NCBI GenBank assembly: GCA_964588985.1
Contig: CAZPQW010000015.1
Span: 1-64,000, forward strand
DNA: 64,000 nucleotides
Direction of reading: 5' to 3'
Origin: an uncultured Solirubrobacteraceae bacterium
Lineage (GTDB): Bacteria; Actinomycetota; Thermoleophilia; Solirubrobacterales; Solirubrobacteraceae
This document shows positions 37,993-47,776 of this stretch, piece by piece. Under the pieces are notes generated by a model. That model saw nothing but the letters and a program-made list of their open reading frames with translations, ran no database searches and was not told the origin of the DNA. Made by a program: the position numbers and the translations under genes. Each line of letters starts with the position of its first letter. Position 1 is the stretch's first letter.

Positions 37993-39744
37993 TCAGCGCT
38001 TGCGCACAAGGAAATCCTCGAGGAACAGCGCCTCGATGCCCGTTCCCAGAAATGTGTCCAATGCCTCGGCGGGAGTGTTCACGATCGCCTGGCCTTTGAC
38101 GTTGAAGCTCGTGTTGAGGAGCATCCTGCGTCCGGTGTGAGCGCCGACCGACTCGAGCAGCGTGTGAAACTCGCCGTTGTCCTCCTTTGAGACGGTCTGC
38201 ACGCGCGCGGATCCGTCCACGTGTGTGATCGCCGGAAGTCCCGCGCGATGCTCGGGGCGAACGTCGCGGTTGATCGTCATATAGGGGAGCGCCGTTCCGG
38301 CCGGGGCGTCGAACCAGCGATCGACCTCCTCGAGCGCAACGGCGGGCGCGAACGGACGGAACGACTCGCGCATCTTCACCAGCGCGTTCACACGGTCGCG
38401 CATGTCCGCCCTCCCTGGATCGGCGAGGATCGAGCGGTGCCCGAGGGCGCGAGGGCCGAACTCCATCCGCCCGCGGTACCACGCGATCACCTCGCCCGCC
38501 GCGATCAGCCGTGCCGCGGACTCGCACACCTCGTCCAACGACCCCAGGCGCGTCGCCTCGACACGGTCGTCGTAATCGCCGAGCGCGCTTTCGATCGACT
38601 CGACCGAGTGCGCGGGACCGTAGAACGGGGTGGGAGAGCGACGGTTGACGATCTCGCCGGCAAGCGATGCGCGATGCAGCGCCGCGCCGAGCGCGGAGCC
38701 ATCGTCGGCGGCGGCCGGCTGGACGTATATCTCCTCGAACGCGCCCGACGCGAGCAGCTTGCCGTTCGCGGTCGTGTTCAGCGCCACCCCGCCCGCCAGC
38801 GCCAGCCGCCTCATCGAGAGCTGCCTGCCGAAGTGCGAGCACGTGTGCTGGATGGCCCGATCGAGACACGCCTGCAGGCCGGCCGCCACATCCTCGTGCT
38901 CGGAGGCGATCTCCGACTCCGGCTCGCGCGCCGCGATCAGTCGTTCCCCCAGATACCGCCGCGCGGCGAGGTGGTTCTCGCGCTCCTCGCGCTCGCCGAG
39001 CTTCAACGCCGCGATGCTCCAGCCGCCGTCGTCGGTGAACCGCACCGCGTCGTCGAAGAAAGCGCGGAAGCGCTCGGGGTCTCCGTATGGGGCGAGGCCC
39101 ATGATCTTGTACTCGTCGGAGTTGAAGTCGAAGCCGAGGTGCAGCGTGATGAGCGAGTAGAAGATTCCGATCGAGTCGGCCGCGGAGATCCTGTGGATCA
39201 GCTCCAGCGTCCCACCGCTCGTCCTGTAGATGGACGCTCCGTGCGCCTCGCCCATGCCGTCGATCACAGCCACCATGCACTCCTCCCAGCCGGAGGTGAA
39301 GTACGCGGAGGCGGCGTGGGAGAGATGGTGGTCGACGTGCCGAATGCGATCCGTGGGGAACTCCGGGAAAGCGTCGGCGACCCTTGCGGCGAAGGCCTGC
39401 GGTGAAAGCACTTCGCGATACAGCTCGCTCGAGACGGGGCTGAGGGAATACGGCACGCGATATGGCCCGTAGTCGAACGAGTGCACGATCTCGTCGACGT
39501 CCGACAGCCGCAGGCCGGCCTGCGCGAGGCACGCTTCGATCGCCCCGACCGGGAAGTCGCCGGTGTGCTTGCGGCGAGCGATGCGCTCCTCGGCGACGGC
39601 GGCGACGACCTCGCCGTCGATCACGAGTGCGGCCGCCGAATCGTGCCCCTGCGAGATGCGGTATTCGCGCTCCTGCAGATCGGGCCAGTGCCGACGCTTG
39701 AAATCCATCGTCCCGTCGATGCCGGAGACGCCGACGATCCTCAT
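37993..39744 (-). CDS. Carbamoyltransferase (NodU/CmcH family)
   Basis: HDSAAAL...AVAEER..R.KH, HHLSHAASAY, DGMGE, EYKIMGLAPYG, LAGGVALN, EFGPRALGHRSILADP, RESFRPFAP, HVDGSARVQTV, LNTSFN. Confidence 0.95.
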   Translation of the reverse strand: MRIVGVSGIDGTMDFKRRHWPDLQEREYRISQGHDSAAALVIDGEVVAAVAEERIARRKHTGDFPVGAIEACLAQAGLRLSDVDEIVHSFDYGPYRVPYSLSPVSSELYREVLSPQAFAARVADAFPEFPTDRIRHVDHHLSHAASAYFTSGWEECMVAVIDGMGEAHGASIYRTSGGTLELIHRISAADSIGIFYSLITLHLGFDFNSDEYKIMGLAPYGDPERFRAFFDDAVRFTDDGGWSIAALKLGEREERENHLAARRYLGERLIAAREPESEIASEHEDVAAGLQACLDRAIQHTCSHFGRQLSMRRLALAGGVALNTTANGKLLASGAFEEIYVQPAAADDGSALGAALHRASLAGEIVNRRSPTPFYGPAHSVESIESALGDYDDRVEATRLGSLDEVCESAARLIAAGEVIAWYRGRMEFGPRALGHRSILADPGRADMRDRVNALVKMRESFRPFAPAVALEEVDRWFDAPAGTALPYMTINRDVRPEHRAGLPAITHVDGSARVQTVSKEDNGEFHTLLESVGAHTGRRMLLNTSFNVKGQAIVNTPAEALDTFLGTGIEALFLEDFLVRKR

Positions 39745-39816
39745 CGCTCTGAGGTCCCTGCGGCTGTGACGAATCCGGTCGGGCCCATGGAAGCCTCGGT
39801 AGCCTACCTGGCCCGG

Positions 39817-40836
39817 ATGCGTCCTCTCGTGGTGCCATACCTGTACGTTCACGGCCCCGGCGAGTCGTTCGACTATCCCTCCAGCCGCTCGCAGGGACGA
39901 TCCGCGCAGCTTGCGGCCCGCTACCTGGAGTGCGTGCTCGTGCAGGCCGGCTCGCTGCGACTGCGCGATGTCGACTGCGACGTGGCGCTCGTCACCAACG
40001 TTGCGGATCGAAGCGCCGTGGGCAGACGCGGCGCGCGCCTGCTGGAGGAGATCGAGGCGCTTGGAGTGGAGGTCGTGCACGCCGACTACGAGCACCGTCC
40101 GTCCGTGGAGATCGCCACGTTCGCCGCCTCCAGGTACGTATTCGACGCGATCGCCGCGGTCGCCGGCGAGGGAGCCCCGCAGCGGCAGATCTGGCTCGTG
40201 GACGTGGACTGCGTGTGGGTCGATCCGGCGAAGGTGTTCGCCGCCGCGCCCGCCTCCCCGGGCATCGGCTGCATCCACATCCCCTACCCGCCCGACTGGG
40301 AGCTGTACGGGTTCACGCCTCAGACGATGGGCGAGCTCGCGCATCGCCTCGGCGCCTCAGACACCTCACTGCGGTGGGTGGGCGGCGAGCTGCTGGCGGG
40401 AACGACCGTGGACCTGCGCGCGCTTGTCTCCGACTGCGAGCAGCTCGAGCGCGAGCTGGCCGCGCAGGGTCAGGCGCTCACGACCGAGGAGCAGCTGCTC
40501 TCGCTCGCGGGCGCGCTCGGACGCGTCCAGTTCCACGACATGTCGAGCGTCGCGCAGCGCATCTGGACCGGTCCGCGCCACGGCGCTCCCGCGGTCAGCT
40601 CGCCGGGGTCGCTCGGGCTGTGGCACCTGCCGAGCGAGAAGGGCCTCGGCTTTCGCCGCGCCGCGCGCGCGATCGTCTCGGGGCACGCCGGGCGCCTCGT
40701 TCGCGACCTCGACTCGCCGGAGCGCGCGCTCAAGCGGTTCAACGTGGCGGGCGCCGGCCTGCCCCGCCGGATTCGCGACGACAGCTGGCTGACGATGCAG
40801 CGGCTGCGCGATCGCCTGCTGTCCAGGGCCGGGTAG
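39817..40836 (+). CDS. Hypothetical protein, probable GT-A fold transferase
   Basis: VALVTN, WLVDVDCVW (DxD), GGELLAG, EEQLLS, WHLPSEK; layout resembles GT8-like enzymes. Confidence 0.6.
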   Translation: MRPLVVPYLYVHGPGESFDYPSSRSQGRSAQLAARYLECVLVQAGSLRLRDVDCDVALVTNVADRSAVGRRGARLLEEIEALGVEVVHADYEHRPSVEIATFAASRYVFDAIAAVAGEGAPQRQIWLVDVDCVWVDPAKVFAAAPASPGIGCIHIPYPPDWELYGFTPQTMGELAHRLGASDTSLRWVGGELLAGTTVDLRALVSDCEQLERELAAQGQALTTEEQLLSLAGALGRVQFHDMSSVAQRIWTGPRHGAPAVSSPGSLGLWHLPSEKGLGFRRAARAIVSGHAGRLVRDLDSPERALKRFNVAGAGLPRRIRDDSWLTMQRLRDRLLSRAG

Positions 40837-40844
40837 TTACCCTC

Positions 40845-42074
40845 GTGGCTGTGAGCGCCGAGCCAGCCGACGCCCCCGCACCCGAGCAAGCCGTCGCCGG
40901 GCGGGTTCTCGTCGTCGAGCAGGGGGGGCGCGGTGGCGTCGCGGACTACACCGCCGAGCTGACGCGCGCGCTCGCGGCCCAGGGCTGGCAGGTGACGCTG
41001 GCGACCGCGGACGACCACCTCTTTCAGCCGACCCCGGGAGTCGAGGTCCGCCGCGTGTTCCACTACGTGCGCGGGCACGACCAGGTGGCGCAGGCGGTCC
41101 GCCGGACGGGGCTCGGCCCGATCGTCAACTCGCTGCGCTTCCTCGCTGCGATCCCCCGTCTGCTGAGGCTCGCCCGCCATGCCGACGTGATCCACACGGA
41201 GGGGTGGGAGTACGCGCCGCTCGGCGTGATCGCGGTCGCCGCCCTGCGGCTGGCGCGCGTGCCGATCGTGCAGACCTCGCACAACACGTTCGAGCGCGGC
41301 CGCTCGCTGGACCGCAGCCATGCGTGGCTCGCGCGGCTGACGTCCCACACGATCGTCCATACCGAGGCCGATCTCGCGCGCGTCCCGAGCACGGCGGCGG
41401 GGCGCGTGAGCGTGATCCCCCACGGCGAGTACGGCGGCCTCGCGCGCGCAGGAGGCGCGGCCGACCGCGACGCGTCCCGCGCCGAGCTGGGCATCGCGCC
41501 TGACACGCCCGTCACCCTGCTGTTCGGCCAACTGCGCCCGGACAAGGGCCTCGGCGACACGCTCGCCGCGGTCGCGCGCCTCCCCGGTCTGCACCTGCTG
41601 GTGGCCGGCGAGGAGCGCGGGGCGCTGGCGGGCGCGAGCGAGCAACTGGCCGACCCGCGGCTGGAGGGCCGTGTGACGGTGCGCGAGGGGTTCCTCGACA
41701 TGAGCGAGGCGGCCAGGCTGTTCGCGGCGAGCGACACGGTCGTGCTCCCCTACATGGTCGCCAGCCAGAGCGGGGTGCTCCTGCTCGCGTACGGCTTCGC
41801 GCGGCCGGTGGTGGTGTATCCGGTCGGGGGGCTGCTCGAGTCGGTCGTCGACGGCGAGACCGGCTGGGTCTGCGCGCGGGCGGACGTCGACGCGCTCGTC
41901 GACGCGCTCGCGCAGGCGATGGAGGCGGGCTGGATCGAGTGTCGCCGGCGCGGGGAGGCGGGCGCTCGCCTGGCCCAGGAGCGCTACGCGTGGCCGGCGA
42001 TCGCGCGCAGCACCGGGCAGGTCTATCGCGCCTTGCTAGCTGGTATGACTGCCACGTGGCCCGCCACCGCATAG
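40845..42074 (+). CDS. Glycosyltransferase family 4
   Basis: GGVADYT, TSHN, IPHG, LFGQLRPDKG, VVLPY..ASQSGVLLLAYGFARPVV. Confidence 0.9.
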   Translation: MAVSAEPADAPAPEQAVAGRVLVVEQGGRGGVADYTAELTRALAAQGWQVTLATADDHLFQPTPGVEVRRVFHYVRGHDQVAQAVRRTGLGPIVNSLRFLAAIPRLLRLARHADVIHTEGWEYAPLGVIAVAALRLARVPIVQTSHNTFERGRSLDRSHAWLARLTSHTIVHTEADLARVPSTAAGRVSVIPHGEYGGLARAGGAADRDASRAELGIAPDTPVTLLFGQLRPDKGLGDTLAAVARLPGLHLLVAGEERGALAGASEQLADPRLEGRVTVREGFLDMSEAARLFAASDTVVLPYMVASQSGVLLLAYGFARPVVVYPVGGLLESVVDGETGWVCARADVDALVDALAQAMEAGWIECRRRGEAGARLAQERYAWPAIARSTGQVYRALLAGMTATWPATA

Positions 42075-44329
42075 TCTCGATCCAGACGACCGAGGAACGC
42101 GGCGGGGCGGAGTACGCGAACGTCGATCTGCTGCAGGCGCTGCGTGGTCGCGGCCACGACGTGGTGCTGCTCACGAACGTGCCGGATATCGCCGATGGCA
42201 CGGGCGTGCCCGCCAGGTCGATCGACCTCGGTCCCAAGCTTGCGCGACGCAGCGCCGCGCGCGTGATGGTCCAGGCGCCGCTCACGCTGGTGCGCCTGGC
42301 GCGCGCGCTGCGCGCCGAGCGGCCCGTCGGAGCGGTGCTGCTGCACTTCAAGAAGGAGCAGCTGCTGTGCTCGCTGCTGCCGCGCCGGCTGACCGGCGAG
42401 ATCGTGTGGGCGGAGTGGGGTCCGGTGCCTTTGCAGATGCGCCATGGGCCCGGGCGCTGGCTGTACGCGTTGGCGGCTCGGCGCGTGCGCGAGATCATCG
42501 CGGTCTCGGCGGGGACCAGGCGCACGGTGGTGGACACCGGCGTGCCCGAGGGGAAGGTGAAGGTCGTCCCCAATCTGGTCGATACCGACAACGTGACTTT
42601 CGATCCGGTCGGACGCGAGACGCTTCGCCGTGCCTGGGGGACCGACGATCGGACCCTGGTGGTGGGCTGCGTGTCGCGCTTTCAGAAGCGCAAGCGCAAC
42701 GACGTGGCGATCGATGCGATGGCGCACGTCGACGGCGACGTTCGTCTCGTGCTCGCCGGCGAGGGCGAGGAGGAGGGTGCGCTGCGCGAGCGCGCCGCGC
42801 CGTTCGGCGATCGCGTGCGCTTCGAGCCGAACGTGCGCGGGCACGTCGAGTCGTTCCTGTCCGCCTGCGACCTGCTGGTGTTCACGCCAAGCCCCACCGA
42901 GGGCGAGCCCAGGATCATCGTGATGGCCCAACTCGTGGGGGTGCCAGTGATCTCCACCGACCCCGAGGGCGCCGAGGGGCTGATACCGGAGGGCGGCGGC
43001 ACGATCGTCTCGCCGTCGCACGACCCGCTCGCGCTCGCGGCGACGATCGAAGCGTACCGAGACGATCCGGAGCGCATCAGGCGAGAGGGCGAGCTGGCGC
43101 AACAGATAACGCGCGAAACCCACGACCTGGAGAAGACGCTCAACGAGGTCAAACACGCCCTCGCTCTGGACGACGAGGCGCCCGCCGCGGTCAGGCCGCT
43201 GAAGATCGTGAGCGTACTCACGACCGACTCCAGCGGAGGCGCGGAGTTCGCCGCCGTGGAGATGCTCGAGGCGCTGCGCCAACGGGGCCACGACACGGTG
43301 CTGTTGAGCGACATGCCGGGCATCGGACGCGGCACCGACGTGACCGTGGTGGGGATCGACACCGGCCCGAAGCTCTCGACGCGCACCTGGTCGCGGCTGG
43401 CCAAGCGCTGGCCGCTGCTGCTCAAACGCTTCTCGCGAGCGCTCGATGCGCAGCTGCCCTACGACGTGCTGCTCGTCCACTACAAGAAGGAGCAGCTGAT
43501 GGCGGGCATGCTGCCCAAGCGGCTGCGCGCGACGACCGTGTGGGCCGAGTGGGGTCCCGTGCCGATACCGCTGCGAAGCGGCATCCCGCGACTTGCCTAC
43601 CTCGCGGCATCAAAGCGGACTCCGCTAGTGATGGCGATCTCCGAGGGCACGCGCAAGTCGGTCGCCGGCGTGGGTGTCGCGCAGAAGATGGTCGTGGTGC
43701 CGAACGTGATGCGCACCGACGAGATCCGCTTCACCGACGAGGGTCGAGCGCGCGTGCGCCAGGAGCTGGGCATCCCGGCCGATGCGTTCGTCGTCGGCTG
43801 CATCTCTCGCTTCCACCGCAAGAAGCGCAACGACGTCGTCGTCGAGGCGGTGCGCGAAATGGACGATCCGCGCGTCCACCTGATCCTCGCGGGAGACGGC
43901 GAAACCGAGGAGCAGCTGCGCGAGCTGGCGGCCCCGCTGGGCGAGCGTGCGCACTTCATCTCCACGCCTGGCTCTGAGGTGCCCGATGTGCTGTCGGCGT
44001 TCGACGTGTCGGTGTTCTGCCCGAGCCCGACCGAGGGCGCTCCGCGCGCGGTGATCCTCGGCATGCTCGCCTCGCGCCCCTGCCTCGCGACCGGGCCGGA
44101 GGGCGTGGCGGACATGATCACCGATGACATCGGTGGGATCGCCGATCCGGAGAACGAGCCCGCGTCGCTGCGGGTGCTGCTCGAGCGCTACGTGGGAGAT
44201 CCCGAGCGGGTCGAGCGGGAGGGCGCGGCCGCCCGCGCCCTCGCCGAGCAGACCTATGCGGCGCCTGTGGTGGCGGAGGCGATCGAGCAGCTCTTCAGGG
44301 AAGCCATCGACTCCAATGGGCGCGCATGA
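42056..44329 (+). CDS. Tandem double GT4 glycosyltransferase
   Basis: Two homologous GT-B units (GGAE...L..RGHD.VLL; H.KKEQL; WAEWGPVP; GC.SRF..KRNDV; PSPTEG.PR). Confidence 0.9.
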   Translation: MARHRIVSIQTTEERGGAEYANVDLLQALRGRGHDVVLLTNVPDIADGTGVPARSIDLGPKLARRSAARVMVQAPLTLVRLARALRAERPVGAVLLHFKKEQLLCSLLPRRLTGEIVWAEWGPVPLQMRHGPGRWLYALAARRVREIIAVSAGTRRTVVDTGVPEGKVKVVPNLVDTDNVTFDPVGRETLRRAWGTDDRTLVVGCVSRFQKRKRNDVAIDAMAHVDGDVRLVLAGEGEEEGALRERAAPFGDRVRFEPNVRGHVESFLSACDLLVFTPSPTEGEPRIIVMAQLVGVPVISTDPEGAEGLIPEGGGTIVSPSHDPLALAATIEAYRDDPERIRREGELAQQITRETHDLEKTLNEVKHALALDDEAPAAVRPLKIVSVLTTDSSGGAEFAAVEMLEALRQRGHDTVLLSDMPGIGRGTDVTVVGIDTGPKLSTRTWSRLAKRWPLLLKRFSRALDAQLPYDVLLVHYKKEQLMAGMLPKRLRATTVWAEWGPVPIPLRSGIPRLAYLAASKRTPLVMAISEGTRKSVAGVGVAQKMVVVPNVMRTDEIRFTDEGRARVRQELGIPADAFVVGCISRFHRKKRNDVVVEAVREMDDPRVHLILAGDGETEEQLRELAAPLGERAHFISTPGSEVPDVLSAFDVSVFCPSPTEGAPRAVILGMLASRPCLATGPEGVADMITDDIGGIADPENEPASLRVLLERYVGDPERVEREGAAARALAEQTYAAPVVAEAIEQLFREAIDSNGRA

Positions 44330-45186
44330 TCAAGTCGTGGCTCAAGCGGCTGTCGCCGTCGCTGCAGGATCGGCTGCGACGGCTCTCTCGTCTGCGCTGG
44401 CTCGAGAAGGCACGCCTCACGAGGTACTACGGCGTGTCCTTGTGGGCTCGGCCTCTGCGGGTCGCCAGGTACGTGCTGTGGGCCCCCGACGTGGGCGACT
44501 TCTCCTACGAACTGGACAACGAGGTGGAGCTGGTGTCGTTCCTCGCGAGCGCGCTCGCGCTGGAGCCCGCGCTGGTGCGGCGCTATCTCGACGAGATCCA
44601 CACGTCGCCCGAGGTCACCCATGACCTCGCCACGACGGTTCGCCGGCGGCCCGACATGTCGCGTCGGCCCGGTCTCGGCCATCGCGTGGCGTGGTATGTG
44701 GTCGCCCGCGCGATCAAGCCGCGGCTGGTCGTCGAGACGGGCATCAAGCACGGGCTGGGAGCGCTCGTGCTGCTCGTGGCGCTGGACCGCAACGCACGCG
44801 AAGGCAGCGAGGGAAGGCTGATCTCCTTCGACCCCGACCCGGCCAGCGGTTGGGTCGTCCCCGCGGCGATGCGCGGCAGCTGGAGGCCGGTGTTCGAGAC
44901 GAGCTTCGACGCCTTCGACGAGCAGCTCGACGGCGAGCAGATCGACCTGTTCGTGTGCGACACGCCCCCCGACACGGAGATCGAGGACTTCGAGATGCAC
45001 GCGGCGCTGCGCCACGCGGCGCCCGGGATCGTGCTGATCGCCGCCAACGGCGATCGCACCACGGTGCTGCCCGACCTCGCGGCCGAGCGCGGCGGCGACT
45101 ACCGCTTCTTCGCCGAGCGCCCGCGGCACCCGATCTACCCAGGCGGCGGGCTGGGGCTGGGGCTGGCGCTGGGGGTGCGGTCATGA
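44326..45186 (+). CDS. Class I SAM-dependent methyltransferase (Methyltransf_24-like)
   Basis: RAIKPRLVVETGIKHGLG, GRLISFD, IDLFVCD. Confidence 0.8.
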   Translation: MIKSWLKRLSPSLQDRLRRLSRLRWLEKARLTRYYGVSLWARPLRVARYVLWAPDVGDFSYELDNEVELVSFLASALALEPALVRRYLDEIHTSPEVTHDLATTVRRRPDMSRRPGLGHRVAWYVVARAIKPRLVVETGIKHGLGALVLLVALDRNAREGSEGRLISFDPDPASGWVVPAAMRGSWRPVFETSFDAFDEQLDGEQIDLFVCDTPPDTEIEDFEMHAALRHAAPGIVLIAANGDRTTVLPDLAAERGGDYRFFAERPRHPIYPGGGLGLGLALGVRS

Positions 45187-45911
45187 GGCGCGCGGTGATC
45201 CTCGCGGGCGGCGAGGGCACGCGCCTGCGCCCCTACACCACCGTGCTGCCCAAGCCGCTGATGCCGATCGGCGACCGGCCGGTGCTCGACATCGTTGTGC
45301 GCCAGCTGAAGGCGCACGGCTTCGAGCGGATCACGATGGCGACCGGCTACCTCGCGGAGCTGATCGAGGCGTTCTTCCGCGACGGCTCGAGCTACGGCAT
45401 CCCGATCGACTACTACCGCGAGCCCGAGCCGCTCGGCACCGTCGGAGCGCTCGCCCTGATCGGCGGCCTCGCCGCCCAGGACGTGCTCGTGATGAACGGC
45501 GACGTGCTCACCGACATCGACTACGGCGCGCTGCTCGCGCGCCATCAGGCGAGCGACGCGGCGGCGACGATCGCGACCAAGACGCGCGAGATACGCGTGT
45601 CGCTGGGCGTGCTGCGCTTCGGCGAGGATGGCGACCCCACGCGCCTGACCGGCTACGACGAGAAGCCCACGATCGACTACACCGCGAGCATGGGCGTCTA
45701 CTGCTTCGCGCCGCGCGCGCTCGGCTTCATCGAGCCCGGCGAGCGCCTCGACTTCCCCGACCTGATCCTTCGCCTGATCGCCGCCGGGGAGATCGTGCGG
45801 GCCTGGCCGAGCGAGGACTACTGGCTCGACATCGGCCGCCACGACGACTACGAGCTAGCCCAGGAAGAGTTCGAGTCGGTGCGGGATCGGCTGTTGCCGC
45901 CGGAGGTTTAG
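45183..45911 (+). CDS. Sugar-phosphate nucleotidyltransferase
   Basis: AVILAGGEGTRLRPYT..LPKPL.PIG, EPEPLGT.G, VMNGD, WLDIG. Confidence 0.93.
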   Translation: MRRAVILAGGEGTRLRPYTTVLPKPLMPIGDRPVLDIVVRQLKAHGFERITMATGYLAELIEAFFRDGSSYGIPIDYYREPEPLGTVGALALIGGLAAQDVLVMNGDVLTDIDYGALLARHQASDAAATIATKTREIRVSLGVLRFGEDGDPTRLTGYDEKPTIDYTASMGVYCFAPRALGFIEPGERLDFPDLILRLIAAGEIVRAWPSEDYWLDIGRHDDYELAQEEFESVRDRLLPPEV

Positions 45912-46031
45912 ACTGGCCGCGCATGAGCGCACGCCGTGATGAGCCTGGTCGGAAAGGGTGTGAGTCCATGTGTCGCGACAATCGTGACAATTGAACTCAG
46001 CGTTGCTTTGCGCGGTGGTATCGTCACGCTC

Positions 46032-47741
46032 ATGGGATGCTGCCCTGGAGGCCGATGGCTCACGACGCTCTTGTTTGCCGCGGCGGTTGTTGTCCTGAGC
46101 CTTGGTACCGGTATAGCTGGTGCGACACCGTCGTACGAACTCATCGGCCATGTGACATCAACACAGGAATTCAACATATCGCACGAACCCGTAAGCGGCA
46201 TCGGGGGAACCGTCGTGTCGGTTATCGATCCGTCTACTGGAGAAACCGCCCGGACGGCGGAAACGAACAGCACCGGCCTCTACAGAGTGACCGTCCCCAC
46301 CGGGATCTACGACGTACTGTTCACGCCGCCCGCCGGTTCGGGCTATCCCTCGCGCCGTGTATCGAGCATTCTGCTAGGTGTGAACAGCACCTTGAGTATT
46401 GTCCTCACGAACTCGGCTGCCGTATATCACTGGTCAGGGATCGTGAGAGGTTTGGGCGGCGCGCCTATCGAAGGCATGAAAATCCTGCTCGAAGGTGGAG
46501 GCGTCCAGGCGAGTAGCGAAACAGATGCGAGTGGCGCGTTCTCCCTGCCGGTCGGAGCGGAAGAAGACGCGCTGAAGTTGAATTTCAACCAGAACAACCA
46601 GAGCGTCGCGCCAAAGATCGTCCGGATATCGGGCCTACGGACCGTTGCGGGGAACATTGAAGAAGACCTCCAACTGCCGGTGCACAAGCTAACGATCACC
46701 TTTAAGGGACCGCACGAAGAACTATTCAGCGGCATCGAAACATCGTTCGGGGTGAACAACATAACGGGGCCGATCGGTGGAGTGACGATCACGTCGGCAT
46801 CGGCCCAGATGAGCGCAACCTCGGACCTGTCCGGCAACGCGGTCCTCGTCGTACCGACGTTCAGCGGCAGCCTTGGCGCGGGATACCAGCCCCCGCCAGG
46901 ATCGGTCGGGCTGGGCCGTGCGCAAACCACGATCGAAGGCTCCTCGGGCGAACAGCATTTGACCGTCGCCTTCCCGCTCGCGCTCACGATCAACCAAGCG
47001 CCAGATGGTCTCAACGGCTGGTTCGTGAGCGTGCCCGCTGTGGTTGACGCACGCGTTGATGGGACGGAATTCGGCTCTCTGATCTGCGTCCTCGACGGAA
47101 AGAAAGTCAACGGAACCCCAGAAGTCATCCCGAGTGGAAGCGTCGAGCCCATCACCATCAACAACGCGGGCAGGCACAACCTGGAATGCAGCGCGAAGGA
47201 TCACGCTGGGCACACAGAGACAGCCACGGCCGGCGTGCTAGTCGACCTCACGCCCCCTCCGGCGCCCCTTGCGCAAGCGGATCGCCCGCCCGACTACGCC
47301 GGCCGCGGCGGCTGGTATAGGAACTCCGTAATCGTGAGCTTCATAGCCCGGAGCGATCCCAAGCTTCCGGGCGGCGTCCCAGGAAGCGGCATCGACCCAG
47401 GCAGTCTGACGCTCCCCGAAAGCATCGCGACCAGTGGCGCTCATATCGCAACAGGAACGGTCGCGGACTTGGCTGGCAACGTCGCGAAGGTCACCAAACT
47501 CACGGTCAAAGTCGACGCGGACCCGCCAATCAGCTCGCTGATCTGCCCAGCCACCGTCGCCCGCGGCTCCGCGGCTCACGCAACCTGGCACGACTCAGAC
47601 GGCCAATCCGGCCTCGAAGGCTCTGCGACAGGCCGCGTGGCGCTCGACACGGCTACACGAGGCATCTTCTCTGCCGCGCACACTGCCACGGATAACGTCG
47701 GTCACTCGACCGATAGCAGCTGCGAATACGAAGTGATCTAA
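46032..47741 (+). CDS. Secreted beta-sandwich (carboxypeptidase-regulatory-like/Ig-like) repeat protein, lower GC
   Basis: Signal peptide; TNSTGLYRV.VP.G.YDV, TDASGAFSL, TSDLSGN repeats; NGWF, DLTPP, GWY, D.AGN, DNVGH Ig-like motifs; TATCGT 7 nt before ATG. Confidence 0.75.
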   Translation: MGCCPGGRWLTTLLFAAAVVVLSLGTGIAGATPSYELIGHVTSTQEFNISHEPVSGIGGTVVSVIDPSTGETARTAETNSTGLYRVTVPTGIYDVLFTPPAGSGYPSRRVSSILLGVNSTLSIVLTNSAAVYHWSGIVRGLGGAPIEGMKILLEGGGVQASSETDASGAFSLPVGAEEDALKLNFNQNNQSVAPKIVRISGLRTVAGNIEEDLQLPVHKLTITFKGPHEELFSGIETSFGVNNITGPIGGVTITSASAQMSATSDLSGNAVLVVPTFSGSLGAGYQPPPGSVGLGRAQTTIEGSSGEQHLTVAFPLALTINQAPDGLNGWFVSVPAVVDARVDGTEFGSLICVLDGKKVNGTPEVIPSGSVEPITINNAGRHNLECSAKDHAGHTETATAGVLVDLTPPPAPLAQADRPPDYAGRGGWYRNSVIVSFIARSDPKLPGGVPGSGIDPGSLTLPESIATSGAHIATGTVADLAGNVAKVTKLTVKVDADPPISSLICPATVARGSAAHATWHDSDGQSGLEGSATGRVALDTATRGIFSAAHTATDNVGHSTDSSCEYEVI

Positions 47742-47776
47742 CGCTGAGCGAGCAGCGCGCGTTCGCTACCCACGGG

